64,000 nucleotides of DNA from an uncultured Desulfatitalea sp. (GTDB taxonomy: Bacteria; Desulfobacterota; Desulfobacteria; Desulfobacterales; Desulfosarcinaceae), in contig CAXXMB010000001.1 of the NCBI GenBank assembly GCA_963668675.2, forward strand, positions 992,001 to 1,056,000, read 5' to 3'. The notes under the pieces were generated by a model. The model ran no database searches. It had not been told where the DNA came from and was given only the letters and a program-made list of their open reading frames with translations. A program made the translations under genes and the position numbers. Shown one piece after another: positions 49,866 through 58,642 of this stretch. How positions within the stretch are numbered: position 1 is the stretch's first letter; each line of letters begins with the position of its first letter.

Positions 49866-50361
49866 ACACCTCTTCCTTGATGATCCGAAGGGTGTCCGGA
49901 TCGATGTTTTTGGACTTGGTCTTGATGTTCTCTACAGCCCGCTCGGCCCGCTTTTCGATCTCGCGCTTCCACTGGGCCATGGCCACATGGGATCGCTGGA
50001 GCTTGGCCACATCGCTGATCAAACGTGGCACCTCAATGATGTCGGCTGATCCGTCGACCAGGGCTGCCATCACCCGCTGCAAGAGCATCTTGCCCACTGC
50101 CTCTTCCATGGGCATGCCCTGTTCGGTGGCGGATGTCAGTGCCCGGCTCTGGTCTTCGAACTGGACGATCTTCTGGTAGGCTTCGAAAAACTCCTTTCCA
50201 TAACGACCCACCGAGGATCTTGAGATGTCGTATCCTTGGCCCCCTAAAAATGCAGCCGCCTCATCGTAGGTGGCCCCTTCGAGCAGCACCCGGTTGAGTT
50301 TTTTTCGCATCTCGACGGGAAGTTCGGTTTCGATGCGGCTTCTGCGGCGGACGTGCACCAT
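49849..50361 (-). CDS. Terminase small subunit (Mu gp27/DUF3486-like)
   Basis: GYDISRSSVGRYG; ends IKEEVYGL; upstream of TerL. Confidence 0.85.
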   Translation of the reverse strand: MVHVRRRSRIETELPVEMRKKLNRVLLEGATYDEAAAFLGGQGYDISRSSVGRYGKEFFEAYQKIVQFEDQSRALTSATEQGMPMEEAVGKMLLQRVMAALVDGSADIIEVPRLISDVAKLQRSHVAMAQWKREIEKRAERAVENIKTKSKNIDPDTLRIIKEEVYGLVD

Positions 50362-50363
50362 AG

Positions 50364-50612
50364 TCAGTCAAGCTCCAGTTCGATGCGTGCGATCTTAGAA
50401 TCCACCTCGAGGAGCTCTCGTTTTTGGCGTGCGGCCTCCTGCAGGTTCACCAGGGCCGCATCCACTTCGATCTCGTTGATGGGGTGAACACTGGCCCCTG
50501 CCAGAAAGTTTCTTGCCGCCTGGATGTTGGCATCGCAGGCGGTGGCCAGCTTCATCTTTTGCTGCTTAAGATCGCTAAGCTCCCCTTTGAGGATCGCTCG
50601 TTCGGTGTTCAT
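50364..50612 (-). CDS. Hypothetical coiled-coil phage protein
   Basis: ATGA overlap with the upstream gene. Confidence 0.65.
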   Translation of the reverse strand: MNTERAILKGELSDLKQQKMKLATACDANIQAARNFLAGASVHPINEIEVDAALVNLQEAARQKRELLEVDSKIARIELELD

Positions 50613-50926
50613 GCGCCGGGGCCTTTCTCCCTTACGATGGGACAAAACATGTTGTGTTTGATCTGCTCGACCAATTGGGTCTGGACCTGGGTGTTTAAAT
50701 GAATTATGCTTGATAAATCCGATGCGAGCTTTTCGTAGTGTTTGACTAAATCGACGTTGTTTTCGTAAAAGCGCGTCACCTGGGTCATATCCTGTTTATA
50801 GATGGACAGGATCTTGTCGTAGCGGCGATGATCGACGTACCACATGATCATCACAAGGCCTGGCAGACCTAGGACGTATACGATGCTCACTACCACTGAG
50901 ACCGGAATTCCTTCCAGAAGCCCCAT
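50609..50926 (-). CDS. Single-TM lysis-region protein
   Basis: N-terminal TM then coiled coil; ends FCPIVR. Confidence 0.7.
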   Translation of the reverse strand: MGLLEGIPVSVVVSIVYVLGLPGLVMIMWYVDHRRYDKILSIYKQDMTQVTRFYENNVDLVKHYEKLASDLSSIIHLNTQVQTQLVEQIKHNMFCPIVREKGPGA

Positions 50927-50930
50927 TTGA

Positions 50931-51485
50931 TTAGCTCCACAGCGTGAAAGTCATGGTGAATGCCATCAATATCGATGGCAGCTGCTTGTTTCCAGTGATC
51001 AGTTGGACGGCTTTGTTTCTGATGCCGCGCTTTTCTGCGCTTCGGCCGATGCTCCAGGTGGCCACTATCCCGCTCCAGCCGACCCAAAACTCGACCGGCA
51101 GCGCCAATGGTTCGAAGGTTATAGATGCAAGCGACGGGTTGGTATCACCGTATTGGGCGATCAGGCTGATCGCTTTTAAAACGAGTGGAACGATACAGTA
51201 GTTAAAGACGATGACTGCCAATCCCACATAGACCACTGTTGGTCTAGCCCTTTTGGTGTAACTGTCGCCCTGAGCAAGTTCGGCCACCAGCACGCGCTCT
51301 TTTGCCTGCAGCTCTGCCCGGATGGTCTCTTCGATTTCGGTGTCGCGCTGTTGAAGGAGTGCCTCCATCTGTAGGGAGAACTGCTGCTTTTCTTCCTTGC
51401 TCAGATGGAACTGGTCTATAATACCGCCCAGACCGTCTACCAATCCCTTGGCGCTTTGGCTGAATATCTTAGAAATCCAGTTCAT
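50931..51485 (-). CDS. Holin-like membrane protein (3TM holin type)
   Basis: DSYTKRARP, TM segments, GRSAEK; follows the endolysin. Confidence 0.75.
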   Translation of the reverse strand: MNWISKIFSQSAKGLVDGLGGIIDQFHLSKEEKQQFSLQMEALLQQRDTEIEETIRAELQAKERVLVAELAQGDSYTKRARPTVVYVGLAVIVFNYCIVPLVLKAISLIAQYGDTNPSLASITFEPLALPVEFWVGWSGIVATWSIGRSAEKRGIRNKAVQLITGNKQLPSILMAFTMTFTLWS

Positions 51486-51488
51486 CGG

Positions 51489-51935
51489 TTACACCTTATG
51501 CGTGGCTAAAAGTTCGATGTGGGGAAGATCGTGAAAGCGCTGGTCGGTGACGATACCGTCTCCGTCCCAGTCGGCACCGCAGCGGACGGCAATACCCAGC
51601 TCCTCTGCTGTTCGCTGGACGTAACCGATGAACTGGTACCATTGCCCGAGCTCTCGAGCATATGTGGAGGATTTGGGGTCGGGCCAGCGCACGTGGGGTT
51701 TATCGTTGTACCAGGGGGCAACATCCACAGCCAGGCTGGGTACTGCGTTGTGGCAACTCTCCGGCCACTTCACCTTGCTTTTGCCCTGGGCGAAAAGTTC
51801 GTTCTGTCGTTGTTCGGTTCTGTGACCTTCGAGAATGGTGCAATTTTTGGCAAGAATTACTTCATTGAGTAATTCGTACAGGAGCGGATGGCAGGTCGCC
51901 AAGCGTTCGCGGGATGTTTTGCCGAATTTGGGCAC
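51489..51935 (-). CDS. Endolysin, M15 (L-Ala-D-Glu peptidase-like)
   Basis: SRERLATCHP, SCHN..PSLAVD, GADWD, DLPHIEL. Confidence 0.88.
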   Translation of the reverse strand: MPKFGKTSRERLATCHPLLYELLNEVILAKNCTILEGHRTEQRQNELFAQGKSKVKWPESCHNAVPSLAVDVAPWYNDKPHVRWPDPKSSTYARELGQWYQFIGYVQRTAEELGIAVRCGADWDGDGIVTDQRFHDLPHIELLATHKV

Positions 51936-52320
51936 GCGCAGTGATCCTTAAATTCAATGCAATTATCGAAAATTTAGGATGTGGAAAAGCGCGGCGTGCC
52001 GGAAGCGTATAGGTGTTGGAGGATTCCGGCTTTTCCAACATCCTATAAAGGGCAACTTATGATGAGAATCTTTTGTAGGCAAAGGTTCCACGGAAACAAT
52101 GGAAAATATAAACAAAAATTGTAAATTCTCTATAATTACTACTGATTCCACTTTAACTTAGAATTAATTACGATGTGTTGTAGATTCACATTCTACATTC
52201 TACTTAGATACTTTTAGAATCATCTGTCAGGATTTATAATAGTCATGCGATGGTGGAAGCTTCTCATGAAAGCTTTACCCTATCAATGCATTGGTAATTC
52301 GAACATTGCTGGAGGAATAA

Positions 52321-54177
52321 ATGAAAAGGTTTTTATGGTTTCTAAGTATTTATTTCGTCTTATTTTTAGCTGGAGTTGCTCAGGCACAAGTTCAGAGATA
52401 CAGAATTCCTGCTGGTAACTATAAATTACAACCCGGTCAACAGCTTATTAAAGCTTTTTGTTTGGACGGAGTGAGCAGACCTCCCGCAGAGGTTTCCAAC
52501 CTTTTAAAGGGCGCATCAAACTCATTGTGGATTTCTCGAACAAACAATGGCGAAAAAGCCCCCCCCATAAGCATCCATAAAGCAATAAAACAGAATATTA
52601 TTGAAATAAGAGGAAATGGTACGACAAACAATGTTCTACTTGAACTAAAAATTGCGCCCAAGGATGGGGAGTCTTACGACCTAATTTCTGACATATCAGG
52701 TTACGCAATTGTTGGTGAAAATAATGAAGAAATATTAGATATTATAAAAGAACTTCCCCCTGTAGGGGAGACTATGCACAAGTTTATTAAATTTGAAAAA
52801 GCAGCTACTGCCCTTAAGGATGTTATTAAGTATGAAATGCCAGATAAAGTTCCGATTATTAGGTTTGTTGAAGAAAATGTACAGGTAGGTCTTCGCAATA
52901 AATCGACAGACGAGACAAATGAATTGTTGGAAAATGCTTATGCTTATCTCCATGAAAAAATCTTGCATGGCTATTCCCCAGAGCGCCGATTGGAAAATTT
53001 TAGCTGGGACACACACAAACTTCTTTCAAAAAATGAAATTTCAAAGTTACGAAACGCTGGAATTGATATAGCTATATCATATACGGATGAATTCAGGGAA
53101 CAATGGACGGAGGTAAAGTACGCATTCTCTGAATACAATAGAATTATAGGTGACAAAAAAATTACTCAACCTATTCACACGAGTGATTGGAGAACTAATT
53201 TAACTGAAAAGATACAGGAAAATTTGCCTATATTCAATATTGAAGATGACTCAAGTATACCGCGTGAAGCACTGGAACTATGGTTGGGAAAGAGATTATT
53301 AACAAAGGATTTTGATTTCCTTTCTAAGTATGGGCATATCACAATTGCTAACAAATCATTTCGTGAAATAGAAAATGCTGCGCTATTGCGCCTACAAGAA
53401 GAAGGATTAATTGTCAACTCTCTGAATTCATCCCAAAGAATATCTCGCGAACAGTTGGTAACTGGAAATATTGCGCTCAACCTAGAAAGCAAATTAACAC
53501 TTATAGAAGATTCGTTCTTACAGGATGGATTCTTTGGATATGATAGTGCTGAAGCTAAGGCTGTTCTTCTTGCACTTAAATCCTCTGGAGCGATTGAATA
53601 TAAAAGCTTCTCAGCTGCATTTAGCAAACCTTCAGCTAAGCCAATGTATCTGATCGTTATAGCTCCTCGGAGTTCTGAAGCGAAGAAGGAAGAATGGTTT
53701 GAATTGTGGGGAAATCAAAATCCGAATGTTCTCAATAGCAATTTCGCTCCACTTCGTCATCGAAATGATTGCGATTTCGCTGATTCTATCGATTCTCTTG
53801 ACAAGGCTATCGATAAGGCTAGAAAAAACGGGAAACAAATTGCATTTTTTCATCATAACCCAAAAGAGTCCAGACAAAGTCAGTTAAGCAGATTATTAAA
53901 CTTTAATGTTTTAATCCAACTAGCCTTAGTACCCAAAGAAACCCAGAGCTTCAGATGTTCAAGTCTCTCTGATTTTTTAGGAGAATCGAGTGGGACCGTT
54001 TGCGACCTCAACGTCAAGCATGCTGTTAAATCATTTATTAAAGTTTTGGACAACAAAGAAAAAAATTTTGCAGCATGCTACTGCAAGTCTTTGGATAATG
54101 AGAGGGTATTGGGTTTATTTGTAAGGACTTTGGCTGGAGCTATTATCTACGATATCCTTTTCGACGACACTATGTAA
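52321..54177 (+). CDS. Secreted hypothetical protein (moron)
   Basis: Signal peptide ending AQA-Q; AT-rich; antisense to phage genes; RBS GGAGGA. Confidence 0.8.
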   Translation: MKRFLWFLSIYFVLFLAGVAQAQVQRYRIPAGNYKLQPGQQLIKAFCLDGVSRPPAEVSNLLKGASNSLWISRTNNGEKAPPISIHKAIKQNIIEIRGNGTTNNVLLELKIAPKDGESYDLISDISGYAIVGENNEEILDIIKELPPVGETMHKFIKFEKAATALKDVIKYEMPDKVPIIRFVEENVQVGLRNKSTDETNELLENAYAYLHEKILHGYSPERRLENFSWDTHKLLSKNEISKLRNAGIDIAISYTDEFREQWTEVKYAFSEYNRIIGDKKITQPIHTSDWRTNLTEKIQENLPIFNIEDDSSIPREALELWLGKRLLTKDFDFLSKYGHITIANKSFREIENAALLRLQEEGLIVNSLNSSQRISREQLVTGNIALNLESKLTLIEDSFLQDGFFGYDSAEAKAVLLALKSSGAIEYKSFSAAFSKPSAKPMYLIVIAPRSSEAKKEEWFELWGNQNPNVLNSNFAPLRHRNDCDFADSIDSLDKAIDKARKNGKQIAFFHHNPKESRQSQLSRLLNFNVLIQLALVPKETQSFRCSSLSDFLGESSGTVCDLNVKHAVKSFIKVLDNKEKNFAACYCKSLDNERVLGLFVRTLAGAIIYDILFDDTM

Positions 54178-54219
54178 CCAGATAAAGGAACTTTAACGAT
54201 ACTAAAAGGAGCATAAATT

Positions 54220-54567
54220 ATGTCTTTATACATGGTGGCATTCTTAGCCTTGCTAGGTGCTGTCGCGCAACAGTGGTTCCATTACCGAGACCTACATGCA
54301 CGCTTATCCCCTGAGAGCTGGAATTCACTTAAGGTAGGTAGTAGATACTACATATTTGCTGCAGTCGATGTAATGGTTTTTTCCACCATAGCAACTGTTT
54401 ACATTCTTAGCAAAAAGGATTTGATTTATAGCCCATTTGAAATTGTGGTTATAGGAGCAGCTGCACCTGCGCTTTTCAAGAATGCGGTTTCCGGATTGAG
54501 CAAGCGAAATACTATAGCAGGTGACCCTATCATCAAAACTGCCTCTGCCTACTTTGGTATTGAATAA
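54220..54567 (+). CDS. Small three-TM membrane protein (moron)
   Basis: Three hydrophobic segments; RBS AAGGAG. Confidence 0.75.
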   Translation: MSLYMVAFLALLGAVAQQWFHYRDLHARLSPESWNSLKVGSRYYIFAAVDVMVFSTIATVYILSKKDLIYSPFEIVVIGAAAPALFKNAVSGLSKRNTIAGDPIIKTASAYFGIE

Positions 54568-54657
54568 ATAGGCCTATGTTAAATGCGTGTAAGGCATCTT
54601 GTTTTAATATTTAAGGCTTGGACCATTGGCAAAATTGACAGAATATAGACAAGATTT

Positions 54658-54912
54658 TTAAATAGCACCTTGCTTAAAAAGATAGTTCTTTACACTTAGG
54701 CTCTTAATCCTTTTGGGTTTATTTTTGGTTACTTCCAGATCACCTTGTTCTATCTTCATGTAAACTTGCGAAAGAGATACTCGCAAAATTGCAGCCACCT
54801 CGTCAGGTCTCAGCAAAATCTTCGCCTCCAATATCCCCATATCGGTAATGGCCTGATTACCGCACTCAAATACCGGTATTTTTTTAAGGGTGATTTTGTT
54901 TTTTGAAGGCAT
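54658..54912 (-). CDS. Excisionase-like HTH DNA-binding protein
   Basis: LLRPDEVAAILRVSLSQVY..IEQGDL; start reassigned to ATG at 54912. Confidence 0.7.
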   Translation of the reverse strand: MPSKNKITLKKIPVFECGNQAITDMGILEAKILLRPDEVAAILRVSLSQVYMKIEQGDLEVTKNKPKRIKSLSVKNYLFKQGAI

Positions 54913-54928
54913 CAATATCCACCTTTCC

Positions 54929-55375
54929 TTATCCAGTATACCGCCCATGCCGCCGAGCATCATACTCCAGCGCCGCAATGATGCTACGCAGCTGATCAGG
55001 ATCACACCACTCCACCCGATCCACCTTGCACATCCGCTTCGCCATGGCATGCACATAGGACCAGGGCCGTTTCGCCTCAGCCAAATATGCCTCGATCTTA
55101 AGCAGCATGGCTTTCTTACCGGTCCCCTCAAGCCCGTCCATCTCCGGCCGCCCGAAAAACCTCCCCCCACCCGCCCTCGATTTAAATCCCACTCGCCGCA
55201 AATGCGAGAGCACCTCCCGACGCCCGGCAGCGGTAAGATCCGCGGCACTTTCCACCCCGGCGACCTCCTGGAGCATGGCCCGGTAGGTCGTATCATCCAT
55301 CCCCAGTTGCTTTTTGGCGATGTGGATCTTGGCAAGATCTCGCTTGCGATCGCTATGGTGATTGGTTGGTGCCAT
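54929..55375 (-). CDS. gemA: GemA/gp16-family protein (DUF1018)
   Basis: LAKIHIAKKQLGMDDTTYRAML, KIEA, WSYVHAMAKRM. Confidence 0.9.
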   Translation of the reverse strand: MAPTNHHSDRKRDLAKIHIAKKQLGMDDTTYRAMLQEVAGVESAADLTAAGRREVLSHLRRVGFKSRAGGGRFFGRPEMDGLEGTGKKAMLLKIEAYLAEAKRPWSYVHAMAKRMCKVDRVEWCDPDQLRSIIAALEYDARRHGRYTG

Positions 55376-55380
55376 GGGCG

Positions 55381-55899
55381 TTACCTTTCGGCGGTATCGG
55401 CGATGCGCTCTTCATTGACCTCGTACCAGAACTGATCCTTATCCACCCGGCGAGCCCCGACCAGATCGAGACGCTCGGCGGGCCAGGCGGCAAGCTCTTC
55501 TTTGTTGACCTCCTCTTTGGTGCGGATCGCGGTGCAGAATTTCATCTCTTTAAGACGGCCCAGCACCATGGCCCAGGTGGTTTTGGGTTTGGGTTTGATG
55601 GCACTTGATTTTCGAAAACCGATCGTTCCGTAATCAAGCTCGCAGGAGCGTTTGTTCTTAAACAGGGTGCGTTTGCTTTGTTCGGCAAAGGCGGTCAGGC
55701 CCGCTTCGATCTGGGCGATGCGGGTTTTTAGCGGTGCGGCCTGGGTGTCGGCATCAGCCTTGGCGGTATCTATTGTTTCGTTCAGGTCGGTTTCGATAAG
55801 GGTGATTTGACGGTTTAAGGTGCAGATCTCGGACAGGGCCGTGTTGGCCCCAGTGAGGGTGGTGACCGGATGGATCTTTTTAGGCTTTCGTCTTGCCAT
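55381..55899 (-). CDS. gam: Host-nuclease inhibitor Gam
   Basis: YGTIGFRKS, IRTKEEVNKE, DQFWYE. Confidence 0.9.
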   Translation of the reverse strand: MARRKPKKIHPVTTLTGANTALSEICTLNRQITLIETDLNETIDTAKADADTQAAPLKTRIAQIEAGLTAFAEQSKRTLFKNKRSCELDYGTIGFRKSSAIKPKPKTTWAMVLGRLKEMKFCTAIRTKEEVNKEELAAWPAERLDLVGARRVDKDQFWYEVNEERIADTAER

Positions 55900-56071
55900 G
55901 GGAACGCTCCTCGAGTTGATGTCGGATCAAAAAGCCGGTGACGGCGGTTTCGATGCAGGCACATAGGGCCAGCATGGTTTTGGCTTTATCGATGGTCAGC
56001 TCCTGGCCGTTTTTAAGGTGCTCGGATTTTAGCTGATCGATCCAGCCATCGATGCGATCAGGCCCGACCAT
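55880..56071 (-). CDS. Hypothetical protein
   Basis: Tightly packed in the early operon. Confidence 0.5.
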   Translation of the reverse strand: MVGPDRIDGWIDQLKSEHLKNGQELTIDKAKTMLALCACIETAVTGFLIRHQLEERSHGKTKA

Positions 56072-56276
56072 TGGTGCACCTTAAGGCGGTCGAGTGGACC
56101 AGGCCGAGTTGGTCCAGGGTGGTTTTGACTTTGCGAAGGTTCTCCATGGACTTTTGTTTGGACAGGCGACTGTTAAAGTCGGTGGTATTAACGCCGGTTA
56201 AGTCCATGGTCGCCTGGGCCAGATCGATTCTTAACTGGTCGATCTGTTTCTGGTTGGTATCGTCGATAAAGATCAT
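56058..56276 (-). CDS. Hypothetical protein
   Basis: RBS AGGAG; operon packing. Confidence 0.55.
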   Translation of the reverse strand: MIFIDDTNQKQIDQLRIDLAQATMDLTGVNTTDFNSRLSKQKSMENLRKVKTTLDQLGLVHSTALRCTNGRA

Positions 56277-56288
56277 GGGGTTTTTCTC

Positions 56289-56600
56289 CTATCGGTGCGC
56301 CGTACAGCATTTACAGGCCTGATAGAGCCTGACACGCTGGGGCGATGTGGCGGCAAAGGGTTTTTTGCGTTCGGCGGCACATTTTTTCAGGGTGATCTTT
56401 CCCATCACCGGGCAGTCGACCGTGCCGGTGCCGTACACATCAGATACGCGGTTAAGGACGTTTTCGATGCGGCCGCGGTACTTGCCGTGGATCACCTGGT
56501 TGACCACCGCGGCCGAATAGCCCAAGGATCGGGCCACGGCCGACTGTCCGGACTGGGCCACCGCTTGTTTTAATAGGGTCATGGGGTCATTGTTTCTCAT
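56289..56600 (-). CDS. HTH protein with C-terminal Cys motif
   Basis: GQSAVARSLGYSAAVVNQV, VDCPVMG, ACKCC. Confidence 0.8.
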   Translation of the reverse strand: MRNNDPMTLLKQAVAQSGQSAVARSLGYSAAVVNQVIHGKYRGRIENVLNRVSDVYGTGTVDCPVMGKITLKKCAAERKKPFAATSPQRVRLYQACKCCTAHR

Positions 56601-56602
56601 CG

Positions 56603-57022
56603 TTAAAACCGAAACCCGATCTCAAAGTAGTTGCCCTCTTCCACGGTGCCGTCGCTATCTACCGGGTGCCAGCAAAAGTGCTTGATGGCGGTAAAAAAGC
56701 TGATGTGCCGGGTGATGGGACGCTGCCAGCCAAGGCCTACGGTGTAGCGGATGCTGGCCGGATGAAAGCTTCCGTCGTCGTTATAGGCGTCCATTAAGGT
56801 GATCAGATTGACGAAGGGTCTGATGGTGCCGGTTAAAAATCCCATCTGGTGGCCGATCTCAACTTCTGAGCGATAGTCGGCTTTGCCGCCGTCGGGATAG
56901 GCCCTGACGTTTTCCTGGTTAAAGTAGGTGCCAAATGAGACCAGGCCGTCGATGGCCATTGCGGTTGTGGGCAGTATCAATACGATTGCAGCGATCAGGA
57001 TCATTTTAGTTTTTATCTTCAT
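56603..57022 (-). CDS. Secreted, small outer-membrane beta-barrel-like protein
   Basis: Signal peptide, amphipathic beta strands, C-terminal YFEIGFRF. Confidence 0.65.
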   Translation of the reverse strand: MKIKTKMILIAAIVLILPTTAMAIDGLVSFGTYFNQENVRAYPDGGKADYRSEVEIGHQMGFLTGTIRPFVNLITLMDAYNDDGSFHPASIRYTVGLGWQRPITRHISFFTAIKHFCWHPVDSDGTVEEGNYFEIGFRF

Positions 57023-57353
57023 GGGAGGACTCCTCGTGTTCGCTGATGCAGGCCGATCCTAAGGGACGACCGCAGGTGTTGCAGCGCATGGGATACTTGG
57101 GGCCGATGTCTTTAACCAGGCGAAGGCCCCGAAACACCCCCACACGGCCGGGGGACCAATTGCCGATCTGCTCGACGTAACCGTGGCATTCGAGTCTTTT
57201 GACGAACTTTCTCACGTTGCCGCGTTTGGCGCCGGCGGTTCGGCACAGATCGGCGATGGTAAAGCGGCGCATGATCCGCATGCTCTGCCAGATTTTGTTG
57301 CGCAGCGCCGTTTGTGGCGGCGCAGAAGGTGTCATGCCTTTGATGCCGGGCAT
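57006..57353 (-). CDS. Winged-HTH protein downstream of MuB
   Basis: IWQSMRIMRRFTIADL, LVKDIGP. Confidence 0.75.
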   Translation of the reverse strand: MPGIKGMTPSAPPQTALRNKIWQSMRIMRRFTIADLCRTAGAKRGNVRKFVKRLECHGYVEQIGNWSPGRVGVFRGLRLVKDIGPKYPMRCNTCGRPLGSACISEHEESSHEDKN

Positions 57354-58072
57354 CAGGCTCTCCTTGCAAAGCGGGGTTGGTCGTAAAAAAGGGCCCTATT
57401 GGCCCACTCCTTTCGGGTCACGGTCTCAAGGGCGTTTAGCTTTCCGAACTGCTCGATGCGGGCAATGCCGGTGACCATGCGCCCGATGTTTTTACGGGCG
57501 GCCTTGTGCACGTGGGTTAAAAGATCGTCGGCGAGTTTTACGTCGCAGATGGTCTCGGCTAAGGTGTGGGCGTCTTCCGCATCGATCCCTGAAAATTCCA
57601 CCCACTGGGTGATGCGCCGGGCGAACTTGCCCCGGCTTTGGACCTTTCGGGCAAACTCTTCCATGCCGATTAAGACGACCGGGGATCCGGTCACATCGTA
57701 GATGTCTCGCATGGCATCGAGCATTTCTGTTTGGCGGAACAGATAGTCGGCCTCGTCGATAAAGATCGGACGGGGGGTTTCTGAAAGGTTTTTTACGGCC
57801 GCTTCCATCATGGGGGCTCTACGGCCTGCGGCCGGAAGGCCAAGTTCTACCATCAAAGCGCCGAGCATGCTGGTGACGGTCCAGCAGGTGTTTGCCCTTA
57901 AAAAGATGCCGTCCAAGGTGTTGCAGGCAAAGGCCACGGTGGTGGATTTGCCCTCTCCGGGCTCGCCCCATAAAATTGCCATGCCCTCAACGCCCATGGG
58001 CCGGTCGTTTAGTTCGCGCACCGCGGCGAGAAAGCGTCGCACGTTTTTGGTCATTGCCATGTCGTCTCTCAT
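57353..58072 (-). CDS. MuB-like AAA+ transposition ATPase
   Basis: Walker A GEPGEGKS, Walker B FIDEAD, RDIYD, VLIGM. Confidence 0.9.
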   Translation of the reverse strand: MRDDMAMTKNVRRFLAAVRELNDRPMGVEGMAILWGEPGEGKSTTVAFACNTLDGIFLRANTCWTVTSMLGALMVELGLPAAGRRAPMMEAAVKNLSETPRPIFIDEADYLFRQTEMLDAMRDIYDVTGSPVVLIGMEEFARKVQSRGKFARRITQWVEFSGIDAEDAHTLAETICDVKLADDLLTHVHKAARKNIGRMVTGIARIEQFGKLNALETVTRKEWANRALFYDQPRFARRA

Positions 58073-58075
58073 ATG

Positions 58076-58375
58076 CTACCTCTTTTGTAAGCTATAGTTA
58101 CTCTTTTCATCAGATCCGGTCGGGGCCCCTATTCCCCGGCCGGTTCTTTTTGGGCCGATGCCGTGAGCGGCCGCCATCCGGCCAGTCAGGCGCCTTATAC
58201 TTGCCGCCTTTTGAAACTTTCCTACCGCAGACAAGCGAAGTGCTTCTCTTTCCGGGTTTGGCAAAAGCTCTGCCAGGCGCCGTTCACGGTTGGCTTCACC
58301 GCAAAGGGCCGCCGATCGGCGCAGGCCGTCTGCGACCAGGCGGGCGGCCGTGCGTTTGAGCTTTTCTTTTTCCAT
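58076..58375 (-). CDS. Basic hypothetical protein between MuA and MuB
   Basis: Start reassigned to MEKEKL after RBS AGGAGG. Confidence 0.55.
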   Translation of the reverse strand: MEKEKLKRTAARLVADGLRRSAALCGEANRERRLAELLPNPEREALRLSAVGKFQKAASIRRLTGRMAAAHGIGPKRTGRGIGAPTGSDEKSNYSLQKR

Positions 58376-58386
58376 GGTGCGCCTCC

Positions 58387-58620
58387 TTATGGGTTGGGGG
58401 TTAAAAAGGAACGGGCGGCGGTAAAGCTTGCCGTAAACCCGTCTCCGATCTTTCGATAAAGGGCCCGGCGGATGTTCTCCGGAAGCTTTTTCCAGCAGGC
58501 AAAGCAAAAGGCCATGCCGGTTTGCTTGGCGTGTCCGCACAGGCAGGTGCCGCTTTTAAGCGCCTTTACTGCCGCCAGGCGGTCTTGTTCTTTTTGGGTT
58601 AATACTGGTTGGGAGAGCAT
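58387..58620 (-). CDS. Small zinc-finger-like protein between MuA and MuB
   Basis: CLC-x10-CFAC; RBS AAAGGAGG; start MLSQP. Confidence 0.65.
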   Translation of the reverse strand: MLSQPVLTQKEQDRLAAVKALKSGTCLCGHAKQTGMAFCFACWKKLPENIRRALYRKIGDGFTASFTAARSFLTPNP

Positions 58621-58642
58621 TTTTATCCCCTCCTTTAAAGGG

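Noticed and set aside
54913..55335. 5' part of the 225-aa ORF 54658-55335
   Set aside because: Overlaps gemA in another frame; only the part from 54912 is a plausible gene
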